Below, one piece after another: positions 8,747 to 19,089 of a DNA stretch of 64,000 bases. Source of the stretch: Candidatus Magasanikiibacteriota bacterium (GTDB lineage: Bacteria > Patescibacteriota > Patescibacteriia > Magasanikbacterales > 2-02-FULL-50-9b); contig CALRDW010000001.1 in NCBI GenBank assembly GCA_943355025.1, forward strand, positions 60,015-124,014, given 5' to 3'. Each line of letters opens with the position of its first letter. Position 1 is the stretch's first letter. Position numbers and translations under genes: made by a program. The notes beneath the pieces were generated by a model, which was not told the DNA's origin, did no database searches, and saw only the letters and a program-made list of their open reading frames with translations.

Positions 8747-9687
8747 ATGCGGTCCTCCATAACGTCGAGCGTGCGCTCGACATCAATCGCGCGTTTCATA
8801 TAACGATCAACAGTGTCATGCAACAGCATGTCATCCACGCGGCTATTGCCGGTTGCCGGCCCTGCGACCGCCATGCGGATGCCCGTTTCTTCAATGAGCT
8901 CTGACAATTCGCGTGCAAGAGTTCCCACTCGCGTGTTTGCCTGAATGGCTGCGCGATAGAGAATGTCTGTGGTTCGCTCCTTGATACCGAGCGACTGTGC
9001 GCGCAGATCTGCGGCGCGTTGACTGAGCGCGATGTTTGACTGCGGATTGAGAAGATCCTCAACCGCCGTGAGCGATGCATCATATTTTGCTGCAAAGCCA
9101 TCGATATCCGTGCGGACTCGGCCAAGGCAGTCAGAAAATTCCTGCTCCGCTTCGGTCGCATTTTGAATCGCATCTTCGGCATCTTGCCCCGTGAATTTCC
9201 CCTCATTCATCCGTCCGGAAAGGGTAATGTGGAGGCTCGCTGTTTGGGTAAGAGCTTCTTCGAGCAGTATTCGGAATAGAACAAGCTCAGATTTCGGACC
9301 AATTCGCTCCTCGCGTTCTGCTAGCAGATTTGTGCGGAGAAAATCAGTCACGAGCTCTAAATCATTTTTATACTCTTTGGCGGGCTTGCCGCCTGCCGCC
9401 GCAACAACTTCATTGATACGCTCTTGTTTAATGATCTCTTGAATAAGGATCATCGCAGCCGAAGCCAGGCCTGCAGCTATGCAGATGCACCACCAGGCTA
9501 GATAACATCCGCTCACAGCGCCAGCTATAAATAGCACGACCACTGCAAGTATCAGCATGTTGCCGTAGGCATCGTCAGCGGGAGAATCCTCCAGGATGAT
9601 TTTTTCCGTCGGCTTCTTCGTCGCTTTGCGCCACTTTTCTGCTCGGCGTGTGAGCTGTTTAAATTGCCCTGTTATGGCTTGGTCCAT
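8743..9687 (-). CDS. Hypothetical membrane protein (2 TM plus long helical/coiled-coil region)
   Basis: 314-aa ORF, hydrophobic pair near the N-terminus, Ala/Glu/Leu-rich helical remainder; GGAGG SD. Confidence 0.72.
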   Translation of the reverse strand: MDQAITGQFKQLTRRAEKWRKATKKPTEKIILEDSPADDAYGNMLILAVVVLFIAGAVSGCYLAWWCICIAAGLASAAMILIQEIIKQERINEVVAAAGGKPAKEYKNDLELVTDFLRTNLLAEREERIGPKSELVLFRILLEEALTQTASLHITLSGRMNEGKFTGQDAEDAIQNATEAEQEFSDCLGRVRTDIDGFAAKYDASLTAVEDLLNPQSNIALSQRAADLRAQSLGIKERTTDILYRAAIQANTRVGTLARELSELIEETGIRMAVAGPATGNSRVDDMLLHDTVDRYMKRAIDVERTLDVMEDRI

Positions 9688-9858
9688 GAGGTTTGCCTCC
9701 TGATCCGGTTGATTTTGAAGGAGCCACTGCGGCTACTGCTATATCATATAGCAGGAATTAGCGCGGTTGTCAATGGAGCGTGGCCCCAAAAACTTGATTA
9801 ATTCGCTTAGTTCTGTTAGACTACGGCAATCTGAAAAATCGCATAAATTAGCGCTCGT

Positions 9859-11661
9859 ATGGACATCCGTAATATTGCAATCATCGCCCACGTTGACCAC
9901 GGCAAAACCACACTTGTGGATGCTTTGCTTAAAATTACCAAAACAAAAATTGGTCACGACCGTCCGGATGAGCGCGTAATGGACTCCAATGACCTGGAAC
10001 GCGAACGCGGCATTACCATTTTTTCAAAAAATGCGTCAGTGCATTACGGCGACACAAAAATTAATATCATCGACACACCGGGCCACGCTGATTTTGGTGG
10101 AGAGGTTGAACGCGTGCTCAAAATGGCGGACGGCGCACTACTTTTAGTTGACGCAAAAGAAGGCCCGATGCCGCAGACAAAATTTGTTTTAAAGAAAGCG
10201 ATTAACCTTGGCTTGCGAGTTATTGTTGTTATTAATAAGATTGATAAAAAAGACGCACGTTGTGAGTTCGTACTCAACACAACGTTTGATTTGTTTGTTG
10301 CGCTTGGCGCGAGCGATTATCAGCTCGACTTTCCAGTCATTTATGCGTCAGCGATTTCAGGCAAGGCAGGTTATGAAGACAATCTCGAGGCAATGACTGA
10401 CATAACACCGATTTTTGACACAGTTATCAAGAATATCCCAGCTCCAAAGGGCGATCCAGAGGCGCCACTCCAAATGTTGGTTGTTTCGCTCCAAATGGAT
10501 AACTATAAAGGAAAACTCGGTATCGGTCGTATTTTTAACGGCCGTGTTAAAAAAGGTGACACGGTTACACACATCAATCGAGAAGGTGTCATGACGAAAC
10601 AAAAAGTTACTGCACTTCTTGCGTTTGAAGGACTTGAAAAAACGGAAATCGAACATGCGCAGGCTGGTGACATTATTTTGCTCGCAGGTGTTGGCGATGT
10701 TTCAATTGGCGACTCGATTGCTGATGCTGTCACTCCTGTTGCACTCGACATGCTTGAAATCGAACAGCCAACCGTTAAAATGACGTTCCGTGTTAATGAT
10801 TCGCCATTTAATGGAAAAGTTTCAGGTACAAAGAATACCTCGCGCCTTCTCCGCGAACGTCTCGACAAAGAATTGGAAACTGACGTTGCACTCCGCGTTG
10901 AGCAGGGAGACAGTGCTGATAATTTTGTTGTGTCGGGTCGTGGTGAATTGCACCTCGCAATTTTGATTGAAAAAATGCGCCGCGAAAATTATGAGCTTCA
11001 AGTAACGCGACCGCAAGTTGTGACGCACATGGAAAATGGTGTTGAAATGGAGCCGGCCGAGGATGTATATGTTGAAGTTCCGGAAAACTATGCGGGAACA
11101 GTTATCGAAAAACTTGGTAAGCGCCGAGGTGAGATGAAAAATTATTCAGTGCAGGATGGCCACGCGCAAGTTCATTTTTTGATTCCAACGCGCGGTCTCA
11201 TCGGTTATCGCAATGAATTCATGACCGATACAAAGGGTACCGGTATTTTGAACTCGCTTTTTAACGGATTTATTCCGTGGGTTTCAAATTTATCAACCAG
11301 TAATCACGGCTCGCTTATTGCATTTGAGGCTGGCATTACGACGGGTTACGCTCTTGAGTCAGCGGGTGAGCGCGGACAGTTGTTCGTTGGTCCTGCAATG
11401 GAAGTTTACGCAGGACAGGTTGTTGGACAAAATGCGAAGGACGATGATTTGGAAGTTAATGTGTGTAAGGAAAAGCGTTTGTCGAACATGCGCTCGTCTG
11501 GCGCTGACATGGCAGTTAAGCTCGAACCTCATCGCACACTTACACTTGAAGAAGCTATTGAATATATTGGAGATGATGAGTGGGTGGAAATTGTGCCAAG
11601 CGAAATTCGAATTCGTAAGCAGTATTTGAGCCCGAACGATCGGAAGAAAAATTCACGATAA
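9859..11661 (+). CDS. typA: Translational GTPase TypA/BipA
   Basis: IRNIAIIAHVDHGKTTLVD, DTPGHADFGGEVER, SGRGELHL motifs. Confidence 0.97.
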   Translation: MDIRNIAIIAHVDHGKTTLVDALLKITKTKIGHDRPDERVMDSNDLERERGITIFSKNASVHYGDTKINIIDTPGHADFGGEVERVLKMADGALLLVDAKEGPMPQTKFVLKKAINLGLRVIVVINKIDKKDARCEFVLNTTFDLFVALGASDYQLDFPVIYASAISGKAGYEDNLEAMTDITPIFDTVIKNIPAPKGDPEAPLQMLVVSLQMDNYKGKLGIGRIFNGRVKKGDTVTHINREGVMTKQKVTALLAFEGLEKTEIEHAQAGDIILLAGVGDVSIGDSIADAVTPVALDMLEIEQPTVKMTFRVNDSPFNGKVSGTKNTSRLLRERLDKELETDVALRVEQGDSADNFVVSGRGELHLAILIEKMRRENYELQVTRPQVVTHMENGVEMEPAEDVYVEVPENYAGTVIEKLGKRRGEMKNYSVQDGHAQVHFLIPTRGLIGYRNEFMTDTKGTGILNSLFNGFIPWVSNLSTSNHGSLIAFEAGITTGYALESAGERGQLFVGPAMEVYAGQVVGQNAKDDDLEVNVCKEKRLSNMRSSGADMAVKLEPHRTLTLEEAIEYIGDDEWVEIVPSEIRIRKQYLSPNDRKKNSR

Positions 11662-11679
11662 ATAATTTGGAAGCTTAAG

Positions 11680-11708
11680 AAAACCGGAGTGCAAGCTCCG
11701 GTTTTTTT
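11680..11708. terminator. Bidirectional intrinsic terminator
   Basis: AAAACCGGAGT-GCAA-GCTCCGGTTTTTTT between convergent genes. Confidence 0.85.
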
Positions 11709-11709
11709 A

Positions 11710-13080
11710 TTACTGCCCCTTCCGATATAAAATCACGTGGAATGTTTTGAGAAGAATGGTGAGGTCGAGAAAAAACGAGCGATTTTTGACGTAGTATAAA
11801 TCGTATTGAAATTTAGTGAGTTGCTGCTCTGGCGTTGCAGCGTAGGGATAATTAATCTGCGCCCATCCGGTTACGCCAGGCTTGATTAAATGTCGAACGG
11901 TGTAGTACGGCATGGTGCGTTCAAACTCATACACAAATTTTGGACGCTCTGGACGCGGGCCGATAAGACTCATGTCGCCGCGCAGCACGTTAAAAATTTG
12001 TGGTAATTCGTCGAGCCGTAGAGTGCGCATTAATTTTCCAACGGGCGTAATACGCGGATCATTGTGCGTTGTAAATTGCGCTCCGCGTAGTTCTGCGCCA
12101 CCCTGCTTGTCGAGTGCAAACATGGTGCGAAATTTGATAAGCCAAAAACGCTTACCATTTTTTCCGACACGCTCCTGTTTATAAAATAACGGACCACGTG
12201 AGGTAGCTTTGATTGCAATCGCGATCAGTGGAAAAACACAGAGGAGCGCTAATAGAGCGAACACGCAGAGAATATATTCGGCGATTCGACGAGCAACATC
12301 GTATGCGACGACACGGTCGGCTTTGAGATTTTCGAAAAACCACGCCTCGCTCAAAACACTGAGTGAAACACGACCCGTCATGGTTTCAAAAAAAGAATCA
12401 GCGGGCATCACGTGTACATTCCAAAACAACAATTCGTAAAGTTCGCGGTACATCAGTGCTTGTGCCGCATCATTTTTTGTAACAAGGACAAGCGAGATAT
12501 GATGTTCGGAAACAAGGGCACGAAGTTGCTCATGCGAATGAAAAACGGTTAAATTTTTTGGTACGTGTGTTCCTTCAGGCACAAGAACACCCGCGATTTC
12601 ATAGCCCAGCTGTTTATTGCGCTCAAGTGTTGAAAGCAGCTCAAGGGTGTCTGCATGCGGATTTACCGCGAGTACGCGTATGGCTGTGTGCGGGAGAGCA
12701 TGCATGAGTGTGCGCCAGCCGATAAAAATAATCGCATAAACTCCAGCAAGAATAAACAAATTTGTTTTTGGTGTGATGCCAAAAATGGGAATCAAATAAA
12801 ATAAACCAACAGCAATGGTGAGACCCATCGCAACGCTTTCTGTAAAGCGGCGATAGAGCGCAATTGTAGGTTTGCTCAGATACAAATCGTAGAGGCCATT
12901 AATATATGCAAGAAGTATCCACACGAAGAAGATAATGCTAAAAGGAAGAATGTGGAGCACGTATTGAACACCAAATTCTGGCAGTGTATAGCGAATTACA
13001 ATCATCACTGCAAGCGAAAGATAGAGTGTTGCGACGTCACCTGCTAGTAGAATGAATTGTCGTGCTTTGACAGCAGTCAT
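11710..13080 (-). CDS. Polyprenyl glycosylphosphotransferase (WbaP/WcaJ-like sugar transferase)
   Basis: N-terminal TMs; KFRTM, DPRITPVG..R..RLDELPQ, GDMSLIGPRPE, KPGVTGWAQ. Confidence 0.92.
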   Translation of the reverse strand: MTAVKARQFILLAGDVATLYLSLAVMIVIRYTLPEFGVQYVLHILPFSIIFFVWILLAYINGLYDLYLSKPTIALYRRFTESVAMGLTIAVGLFYLIPIFGITPKTNLFILAGVYAIIFIGWRTLMHALPHTAIRVLAVNPHADTLELLSTLERNKQLGYEIAGVLVPEGTHVPKNLTVFHSHEQLRALVSEHHISLVLVTKNDAAQALMYRELYELLFWNVHVMPADSFFETMTGRVSLSVLSEAWFFENLKADRVVAYDVARRIAEYILCVFALLALLCVFPLIAIAIKATSRGPLFYKQERVGKNGKRFWLIKFRTMFALDKQGGAELRGAQFTTHNDPRITPVGKLMRTLRLDELPQIFNVLRGDMSLIGPRPERPKFVYEFERTMPYYTVRHLIKPGVTGWAQINYPYAATPEQQLTKFQYDLYYVKNRSFFLDLTILLKTFHVILYRKGQ

Positions 13081-13141
13081 AAATACTCTGTATAATTTGA
13101 GTCGTTATACCAGATTTAGCTAGAAAAAACAAGTTCCATCT

Positions 13142-13837
13142 ATGATATCATCACAAAATAAAATTATAGCCGGCATCGTTCTCGTAGTTCTGATTTTAGG
13201 CGGTTGTTTTGCTTATTATTCAACACGTGCGCCAGGCATCCCGAGTCGTGCGTCTTTAGACGGAAAGCCAGAGCTCCAAGTGGCATATGACAAAGCGCTC
13301 GCTGCAGAAAAAGCGATTCCATCAGATAAAACAAACCCACTTCAATATGTGATCGCGAGTTCGGAATGGAAAACCATTGGCGATTTTACAAATAATCCTG
13401 TGTGGTACCGTCGCGCACTCAGCGTGTTACAGGAAGGCATCACAGCAACTAAAGGCACAAACTCGCTACTCATTACTAACGCCGCTGTAATCGCAACCAT
13501 TTCGGGCGACTTTGAAACAGCGCGCGCGCTTTACGAACAAGCAATTGCAGATGCCCCAGGCGATGGTTCATACTACACCGCACTTGCACATCTACTTTCA
13601 GGCAAAATGCACGCGAGCCAGGCAGATGTATTAAAAATTTACACTCGTGCAATAGAACGTGTTATTGGCGGAGCGGATATTATTCAGGACCGAGCACTGT
13701 ACTTTAAATCTGTTGGGCGATACGATGACGCGCTCAAGGATTACGAGCAGCTCAAAAATTCAAATATTATTTCTGCAGAGAAATATGCAGACGTGCTTGT
13801 TGAAATTAAACAACTAGAATCATCGCAACCGCGTTAA
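13142..13837 (+). CDS. Membrane-anchored TPR-like helical repeat protein
   Basis: N-terminal TM; GDFETARALYEQAI and GRYDDALKDYE repeat-like helices. Confidence 0.7.
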   Translation: MISSQNKIIAGIVLVVLILGGCFAYYSTRAPGIPSRASLDGKPELQVAYDKALAAEKAIPSDKTNPLQYVIASSEWKTIGDFTNNPVWYRRALSVLQEGITATKGTNSLLITNAAVIATISGDFETARALYEQAIADAPGDGSYYTALAHLLSGKMHASQADVLKIYTRAIERVIGGADIIQDRALYFKSVGRYDDALKDYEQLKNSNIISAEKYADVLVEIKQLESSQPR

Positions 13838-13849
13838 ACTTTTTGCTCT

Positions 13850-15850
13850 GTGATTAAAAAAAATCGTTCTCGTGCCCTTGTTTCGCTTTCAATATTTTTG
13901 TTTGTATTGTTTCCACTCACTGCAGCGGCTCGTACTTCGAACGATCCACAGATTGCTGATTTAACAGGGCCGTTTGATCAAATACATGTGCAAGACGCGT
14001 GGGATTTTACGCAAGGTTCTCCTGACGTTGTTGTTGCCGTGATTGATACGGGTGTTGATATTACAAATCCAGATCTTGTAGGAAATGTGTGGGTTAATCC
14101 CCATGATACAGCTGACGGCACAGACAATGATGGTGACGGTAATATTGATGATATTCACGGCTGGAATTTTATTGATAATAATAGCAACGTACGTCCGACA
14201 TTTACAGCGGCTGCAACGCGTATCGGACTTAATCACGGAACGATTGTTGCAGGTATTATTGGCGCGACCGGAAATAATTTGACCGGTGCAAGCGGGGTTA
14301 ATTGGCACGTTAAAATCATGGCGCTCAAAATTTTGGATGAGCATGGCGACGGCGATTCGGATCTTGCAGTTAAAGCAATTGATTACGCAATCAAGCACAA
14401 TGCAAACATTATTAATTTGAGTTTTGTTGGACCAACACCAAGTTTAAATTTTATTCAAGCAATTAGGCGTGCATATCGTGCAGGTATTTTGGTTGTTGCA
14501 GCGGGCGGGAACGCGGCCGAGAACTCGAAGGGGACGGATCTCAATGTTGTCCCACAGTATCCTGTTTGTTTTGATGATCCGCTTAAAGAAGAAAATTGGG
14601 TGCTTGGCGTAGCAGCCTTGACTGAAAATGGATTGCTCGCGCCATTCTCAAATTTTGGGAGCAAATGTATTGATCTTGCAGCCCCAGGAACGCATATTCC
14701 CGCGACCATGTTTTATGATCCGCAAAATGGATACCCGGATATTTTTGGTGGTAGTTGGTCAGGAACTTCGATCGCAGCGCCGTTTGTAACTGGTGTTGCT
14801 GCGCTCGTAAAAACGGTACAACCAACATGGGGACCTGATCAGTTGATTCGTAATTTGATAGAAACCACTGATTCGATTCCAGGCAATGATACACACGCGG
14901 CAGGACGCGGCTCGCTTAATGCTCTGCGCGCTGTGCGAAATGCGGCACAAGGTGGTGATGGAGGCTTGCCAACGGGTGTTTTTGTCTCAACTTCTGTAAG
15001 TAAGGGCGCAACGCTCGCAAAAATATTTGACTCATCATTTGTTGAACTCAAGTCATTTGAGATTTCACACATTGCCCCGAAACAATCTGTTTCGCTGGTA
15101 ACGGGAGATATTGACGGAAGCGGTGTTTCAAACATTATCGCTGCGGTTCCAGACAAAAAAGGCACGCTCATTCGTGTTTTTCAGCGCGACGGCAAATTAC
15201 TTCGCGATGTTCGACCGTTCGGTAAATCGGAACAAGGTGCGGTTCAAATTACAACACGCGACTTAGATCTCGATGGTATTGAGGAAATTATTGCTGCAAG
15301 CCCGTGGACGCACCAAGTCGTTATCATGAACAGCACGGGAAAGATCACAGGTAAAATTCAGATTCAGAATGGCAAGTTGCCGATACTTTTAACAACATTG
15401 CGTGAAGGAAGTTCTACATTTATTGTAACGGCAGTGCCAGACAAGAAAGTTGCGCACGTGTTTGTGTGGGATGTTATCGGCTCGTTTATTCGTTCCTTTG
15501 ATGTGCTTGTAACAGGTACGGGGGTTACGCTTGGTACCGCAGATTACTTAGGAGTCGGACATGAGGAATTGTTTCTGTCAGGCATTGCTGGTAACACATT
15601 GACAACACAATTTTATACGCTTGACGGAAGTCCTGACAACACACGAACGGCACAAATAAAAAACGGAAAAATTTTTGGCTTCTCCTTTGCGTTCGTTAAA
15701 GATCTTGAGGGACCAACACTTGTTGTTGCTGTTCAGCAAGGAAAAAATTATAGTTTTCAAACGGCAGATACACACGGAGCGGTTCAGCCAGTGATGACGA
15801 GCGTTAATAAAACAACCGTGCAAGGGCAAAATCTGTATTTTGGAAGATAG
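13850..15850 (+). CDS. Secreted S8 (subtilisin-like) serine peptidase with C-terminal FG-GAP-like repeats
   Basis: Signal peptide; VIDTG, HGTIVAG, GTSIAAP triad; GDIDGSG, DLDLDG and DYLGVG repeats. Confidence 0.9.
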   Translation: MIKKNRSRALVSLSIFLFVLFPLTAAARTSNDPQIADLTGPFDQIHVQDAWDFTQGSPDVVVAVIDTGVDITNPDLVGNVWVNPHDTADGTDNDGDGNIDDIHGWNFIDNNSNVRPTFTAAATRIGLNHGTIVAGIIGATGNNLTGASGVNWHVKIMALKILDEHGDGDSDLAVKAIDYAIKHNANIINLSFVGPTPSLNFIQAIRRAYRAGILVVAAGGNAAENSKGTDLNVVPQYPVCFDDPLKEENWVLGVAALTENGLLAPFSNFGSKCIDLAAPGTHIPATMFYDPQNGYPDIFGGSWSGTSIAAPFVTGVAALVKTVQPTWGPDQLIRNLIETTDSIPGNDTHAAGRGSLNALRAVRNAAQGGDGGLPTGVFVSTSVSKGATLAKIFDSSFVELKSFEISHIAPKQSVSLVTGDIDGSGVSNIIAAVPDKKGTLIRVFQRDGKLLRDVRPFGKSEQGAVQITTRDLDLDGIEEIIAASPWTHQVVIMNSTGKITGKIQIQNGKLPILLTTLREGSSTFIVTAVPDKKVAHVFVWDVIGSFIRSFDVLVTGTGVTLGTADYLGVGHEELFLSGIAGNTLTTQFYTLDGSPDNTRTAQIKNGKIFGFSFAFVKDLEGPTLVVAVQQGKNYSFQTADTHGAVQPVMTSVNKTTVQGQNLYFGR

Positions 15851-15871
15851 GAGTGTTATACTAAGGCAGCT

Positions 15872-16885
15872 ATGCAAACCACCACGACCTTTGAAAAAAA
15901 GAATTGTCTTGTTACAGGCGGAGCCGGCTTCATCGGTTCACATTTATGCGAAGCACTGCTCCAAGAAGGGCGTGTCATTTGCATTGATGATTTGAGCAAC
16001 GGCCTTACGGCAAACATCGAACACCTGCTGGTGCATCCAGATTTTGTGTTTTTGAAACATGATGTGTCGCAGCCGCTTGACCTTGAAAATCTTCCCGAAC
16101 TTGCGCGGTTTAAAGTTTCTGTGCAAGGAGTTCAGGAAATTTTTCATCTTGCATGTCCGATGAGTGTTCGATATTTTCACGACATGCGCATCGCAACGCT
16201 CATGGCAAATAGTGCGGCTATGAAAGTGACACTTGATTGGGCTGTAAAATATAAGGCGAAATATATTTTTACTTCGAGTGCGATGGTATATGGCGCACGA
16301 ACGAGCGATACTCCGGCGAATGAGCAGACGATCGGCCTTATAAATCATATGCAGCCGCGTGCAGTGTATGACGAAGGGAAGCGCTTTGCTGAAACATTTG
16401 TATCAACGTATGCAGATACTTTTGGTGTTGATGCGCGCATTGCGCGTCTCTTTAGAACGTATGGTCCGCGTCTTAAAATGTTTGATGAGCAAATGATAAC
16501 AGAGTTTGTTGTGAGCGCGCTTGACGACAAGCCGCTGACCGTTTTTGGAACGAAAGATTTTAAAACAACACTACTCTATGTAACCGATGCTGTGTCTGCG
16601 CTCGTCAAACTTGCGAAAGCGCCTGCGGGTCTTGGTCCGATTAACTTGGGTGGCGACGAGGAGTTTACATTTACGTCCATCGCAGAACATGTTATGAAGC
16701 TGGTGGGTTCGAATCAGGAAATTCGTTATGAGCAGCCACTCGAATTTTTGTCTGAGCAACCGATTCCTGATATTTCGTACGCGAAACAGTCGCTCGGCTG
16801 GATGCCGCTCATACGCCTTGAAAATGGGTTGCAACACATGGTAGACTACGTTACTGCCAACAAAAATCGGCTGTCTTACGATTGA
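15872..16885 (+). CDS. NAD-dependent epimerase/dehydratase (UDP-glucuronate decarboxylase-like)
   Basis: VTGGAGFIGSHL, FHLACP, YDEGKRFAE, RTYGPR motifs. Confidence 0.88.
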   Translation: MQTTTTFEKKNCLVTGGAGFIGSHLCEALLQEGRVICIDDLSNGLTANIEHLLVHPDFVFLKHDVSQPLDLENLPELARFKVSVQGVQEIFHLACPMSVRYFHDMRIATLMANSAAMKVTLDWAVKYKAKYIFTSSAMVYGARTSDTPANEQTIGLINHMQPRAVYDEGKRFAETFVSTYADTFGVDARIARLFRTYGPRLKMFDEQMITEFVVSALDDKPLTVFGTKDFKTTLLYVTDAVSALVKLAKAPAGLGPINLGGDEEFTFTSIAEHVMKLVGSNQEIRYEQPLEFLSEQPIPDISYAKQSLGWMPLIRLENGLQHMVDYVTANKNRLSYD

Positions 16886-16890
16886 CATGT

Positions 16891-17544
16891 ATGAAAACTC
16901 TTGTAGTATTACCTGCGTTTAATGAGGCTACTACAATTACAGAGGTTATTGCCTCACTACCACCCGAATTTGATCGGGTGGTTATTGATGACGGTTCGAC
17001 TGATAAAACAGGCGACATTGCGCGCGATGCGGGGGTTCGTGTCGTAACGCATCGGGTTAATCGAGGCCTCGGTGCGGCACTTCGAACTGGTTTTGCGTTT
17101 GCAGTGCGTGGCGGCTACGACGCAGTTGTAACGCTTGACGCTGATGGCCAACATGATCCGGCAGAGATCGGTCAATTACTCGTAGCGCTCGAGGGCGGTG
17201 CGGATATTGTTATCGGGCGGCGAATTCAATCGCACATGCCGCGTATTCGTCAGTATTACAACGCGATTGGTGGAATCATTACTTCAGGTTTGTTTGGAAC
17301 GCCAATGGTTGATGCTCAGTCGGGATTTCGAGCGCTTCGCACAGAAGCTCTTCAGCGTATGGAGCTTAGAACTTCGCGCATGGAAATTTCTTCAGAAGTC
17401 ATTGCTGAGGCACATCGTATTCATCTCAGAATCTCCGAAGTTCCTATCTCAGTTCGGTATACAGAATATTCGCTGAGCAAGGGTCAGAGTTTGGGTGAGG
17501 GAGCACGAACCGCGTGGCGATTATTTATGAGGAGCGTATCGTAG
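16891..17544 (+). CDS. Glycosyltransferase family 2 (DPM1-like)
   Basis: LPAFNE, DDGSTD, NRGLGAA, DADGQH, DAQSGFR. Confidence 0.9.
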   Translation: MKTLVVLPAFNEATTITEVIASLPPEFDRVVIDDGSTDKTGDIARDAGVRVVTHRVNRGLGAALRTGFAFAVRGGYDAVVTLDADGQHDPAEIGQLLVALEGGADIVIGRRIQSHMPRIRQYYNAIGGIITSGLFGTPMVDAQSGFRALRTEALQRMELRTSRMEISSEVIAEAHRIHLRISEVPISVRYTEYSLSKGQSLGEGARTAWRLFMRSVS

Positions 17545-17549
17545 TATAT

Positions 17550-17915
17550 ATGGGAAGACCAGTAATCATGCAACTTGTTTTAAGTTTACTTGCTGCCATA
17601 AGTGTATACCGCGTCGCTCTGCGGGTGCGGGCGCGACAGATGGGGCGTGCGCTTGCGGGCGTATGGTGCTCGGGCGTTGTGGTTTTTTTATTATTCGTAT
17701 GGCATCCAGAATTTGCAACGCGTGTATCTGATTTTTTGGGAATTGGTCGCGGCGTTGATGCTGCGCTCTATATCGGTGTTGCGCTTCTTTTTTACGGTGT
17801 GCTTCGAATTATCATCCGACTTGATCAACAAGATGACACACTTACTAAATTGGTGAGTGAAATTGCACTACTTCACGACGCGACGAGGAATTCTGATCTC
17901 GGCCCCCGAAAATAA
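17550..17915 (+). CDS. DUF2304-like membrane protein
   Basis: LGIGRGVD motif, three TMs, C-terminal LTKLVSEIAL; usual position after a DPM1-like GT2. Confidence 0.8.
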   Translation: MGRPVIMQLVLSLLAAISVYRVALRVRARQMGRALAGVWCSGVVVFLLFVWHPEFATRVSDFLGIGRGVDAALYIGVALLFYGVLRIIIRLDQQDDTLTKLVSEIALLHDATRNSDLGPRK

Positions 17916-17921
17916 TTTTAT

Positions 17922-19052
17922 ATGCGAATCGCAGTGGTTAGCGCTGTTTTTCCACCAACTCTCGGTGGCATGTGCACTGTTGCAGCAGCCGAAGCCGAAG
18001 CGCTTCATGAGGCAGGAAACGAGGTTGTGGTATATACGCTGCAAACTGCTTCTACGCGAGCGGACAAAGCGTTCGACCGTGCGTTTCCAGTACCGATTAT
18101 TCGATTGCTTGGATTACCACGTGTGTGGATTTCTGGTGCTGTACCACAGTTGTTGTGGCACTTACGCCGCGAAAAAGTTGTGTACGCACACCTACCTGCC
18201 TACGGTTTTTTTGCCGTGTTGCTTTTGTGGAAAACGCTTTTTAGTGGCCGCTTGGTTGTGACGCTGCATATGGACCCCATTGGAGTTGGCTGGATTAAAT
18301 ATATTTTTCGTTTTGAACGGTTTATGCTCCGCGCTGTACTTCGCCGTGCCAACGCGATTCGTGTTTCATCATCTCGCATGCAGGATAGCGAACTGCTCCG
18401 GGATCTCGGGCCAGCTACATTGAAAAAAATTCACGTTATTCCGTTTGGGATCAATTTACAGACGTTTCATCCGCCGCAATTAACAGCCCAGCGGGAAAAT
18501 GCTGTTTTATTTGTTGGCCGCCTGTCGCGCACGCATTATTTTAAGGGCGTTGACGTTCTGCTCCGTGCTTTTCGTACAGTAAAAGAGCATCAAATAAAGG
18601 GAACTGGACCACTCCCTTGTTTATGGGTTGTTGGTGACGGCGAAGAGCGCGCACGATATGAACAAGTTGTGAAAGATTTGGGTATTTCCAATGCGGTTAC
18701 ATTTCTCGGCGCTGTTTCAGACACAGAATTACCGGCGCTGTATCGGCGAGTGCGCGCGCTCGTGTTGCCGTCAATTGATACCTCAGAAACATTTGGCATG
18801 GTGCTTCTCGAAGCAATGGCGTCGGGAACTCCTGTCATTGCAAGTCGACTTCCGGGTGTTGATGCACTCGTGACTCACGGCTCATGCGGCCTACTTGTTG
18901 AACCAGGAGACCAAAAGGAACTCGAGAGAGCTCTTGCGGATGTTTTTGAAAATCCAGATGTGTGGAGTGCGCGGGGAATTATCGCGCGCACAGCTGCAGA
19001 GCGCTACGGGGAGTGGAAAACTATTGCGGGGAATCTTGCAACTCTGCTATAA
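17922..19052 (+). CDS. Glycosyltransferase family 4
   Basis: FVGRL..KGVD and ETFGMVLLEAMASGTPVI motifs. Confidence 0.9.
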   Translation: MRIAVVSAVFPPTLGGMCTVAAAEAEALHEAGNEVVVYTLQTASTRADKAFDRAFPVPIIRLLGLPRVWISGAVPQLLWHLRREKVVYAHLPAYGFFAVLLLWKTLFSGRLVVTLHMDPIGVGWIKYIFRFERFMLRAVLRRANAIRVSSSRMQDSELLRDLGPATLKKIHVIPFGINLQTFHPPQLTAQRENAVLFVGRLSRTHYFKGVDVLLRAFRTVKEHQIKGTGPLPCLWVVGDGEERARYEQVVKDLGISNAVTFLGAVSDTELPALYRRVRALVLPSIDTSETFGMVLLEAMASGTPVIASRLPGVDALVTHGSCGLLVEPGDQKELERALADVFENPDVWSARGIIARTAAERYGEWKTIAGNLATLL

Positions 19053-19089
19053 TGCGTTCACTTTGAAATTATTATAATAGCTTTTTCGT

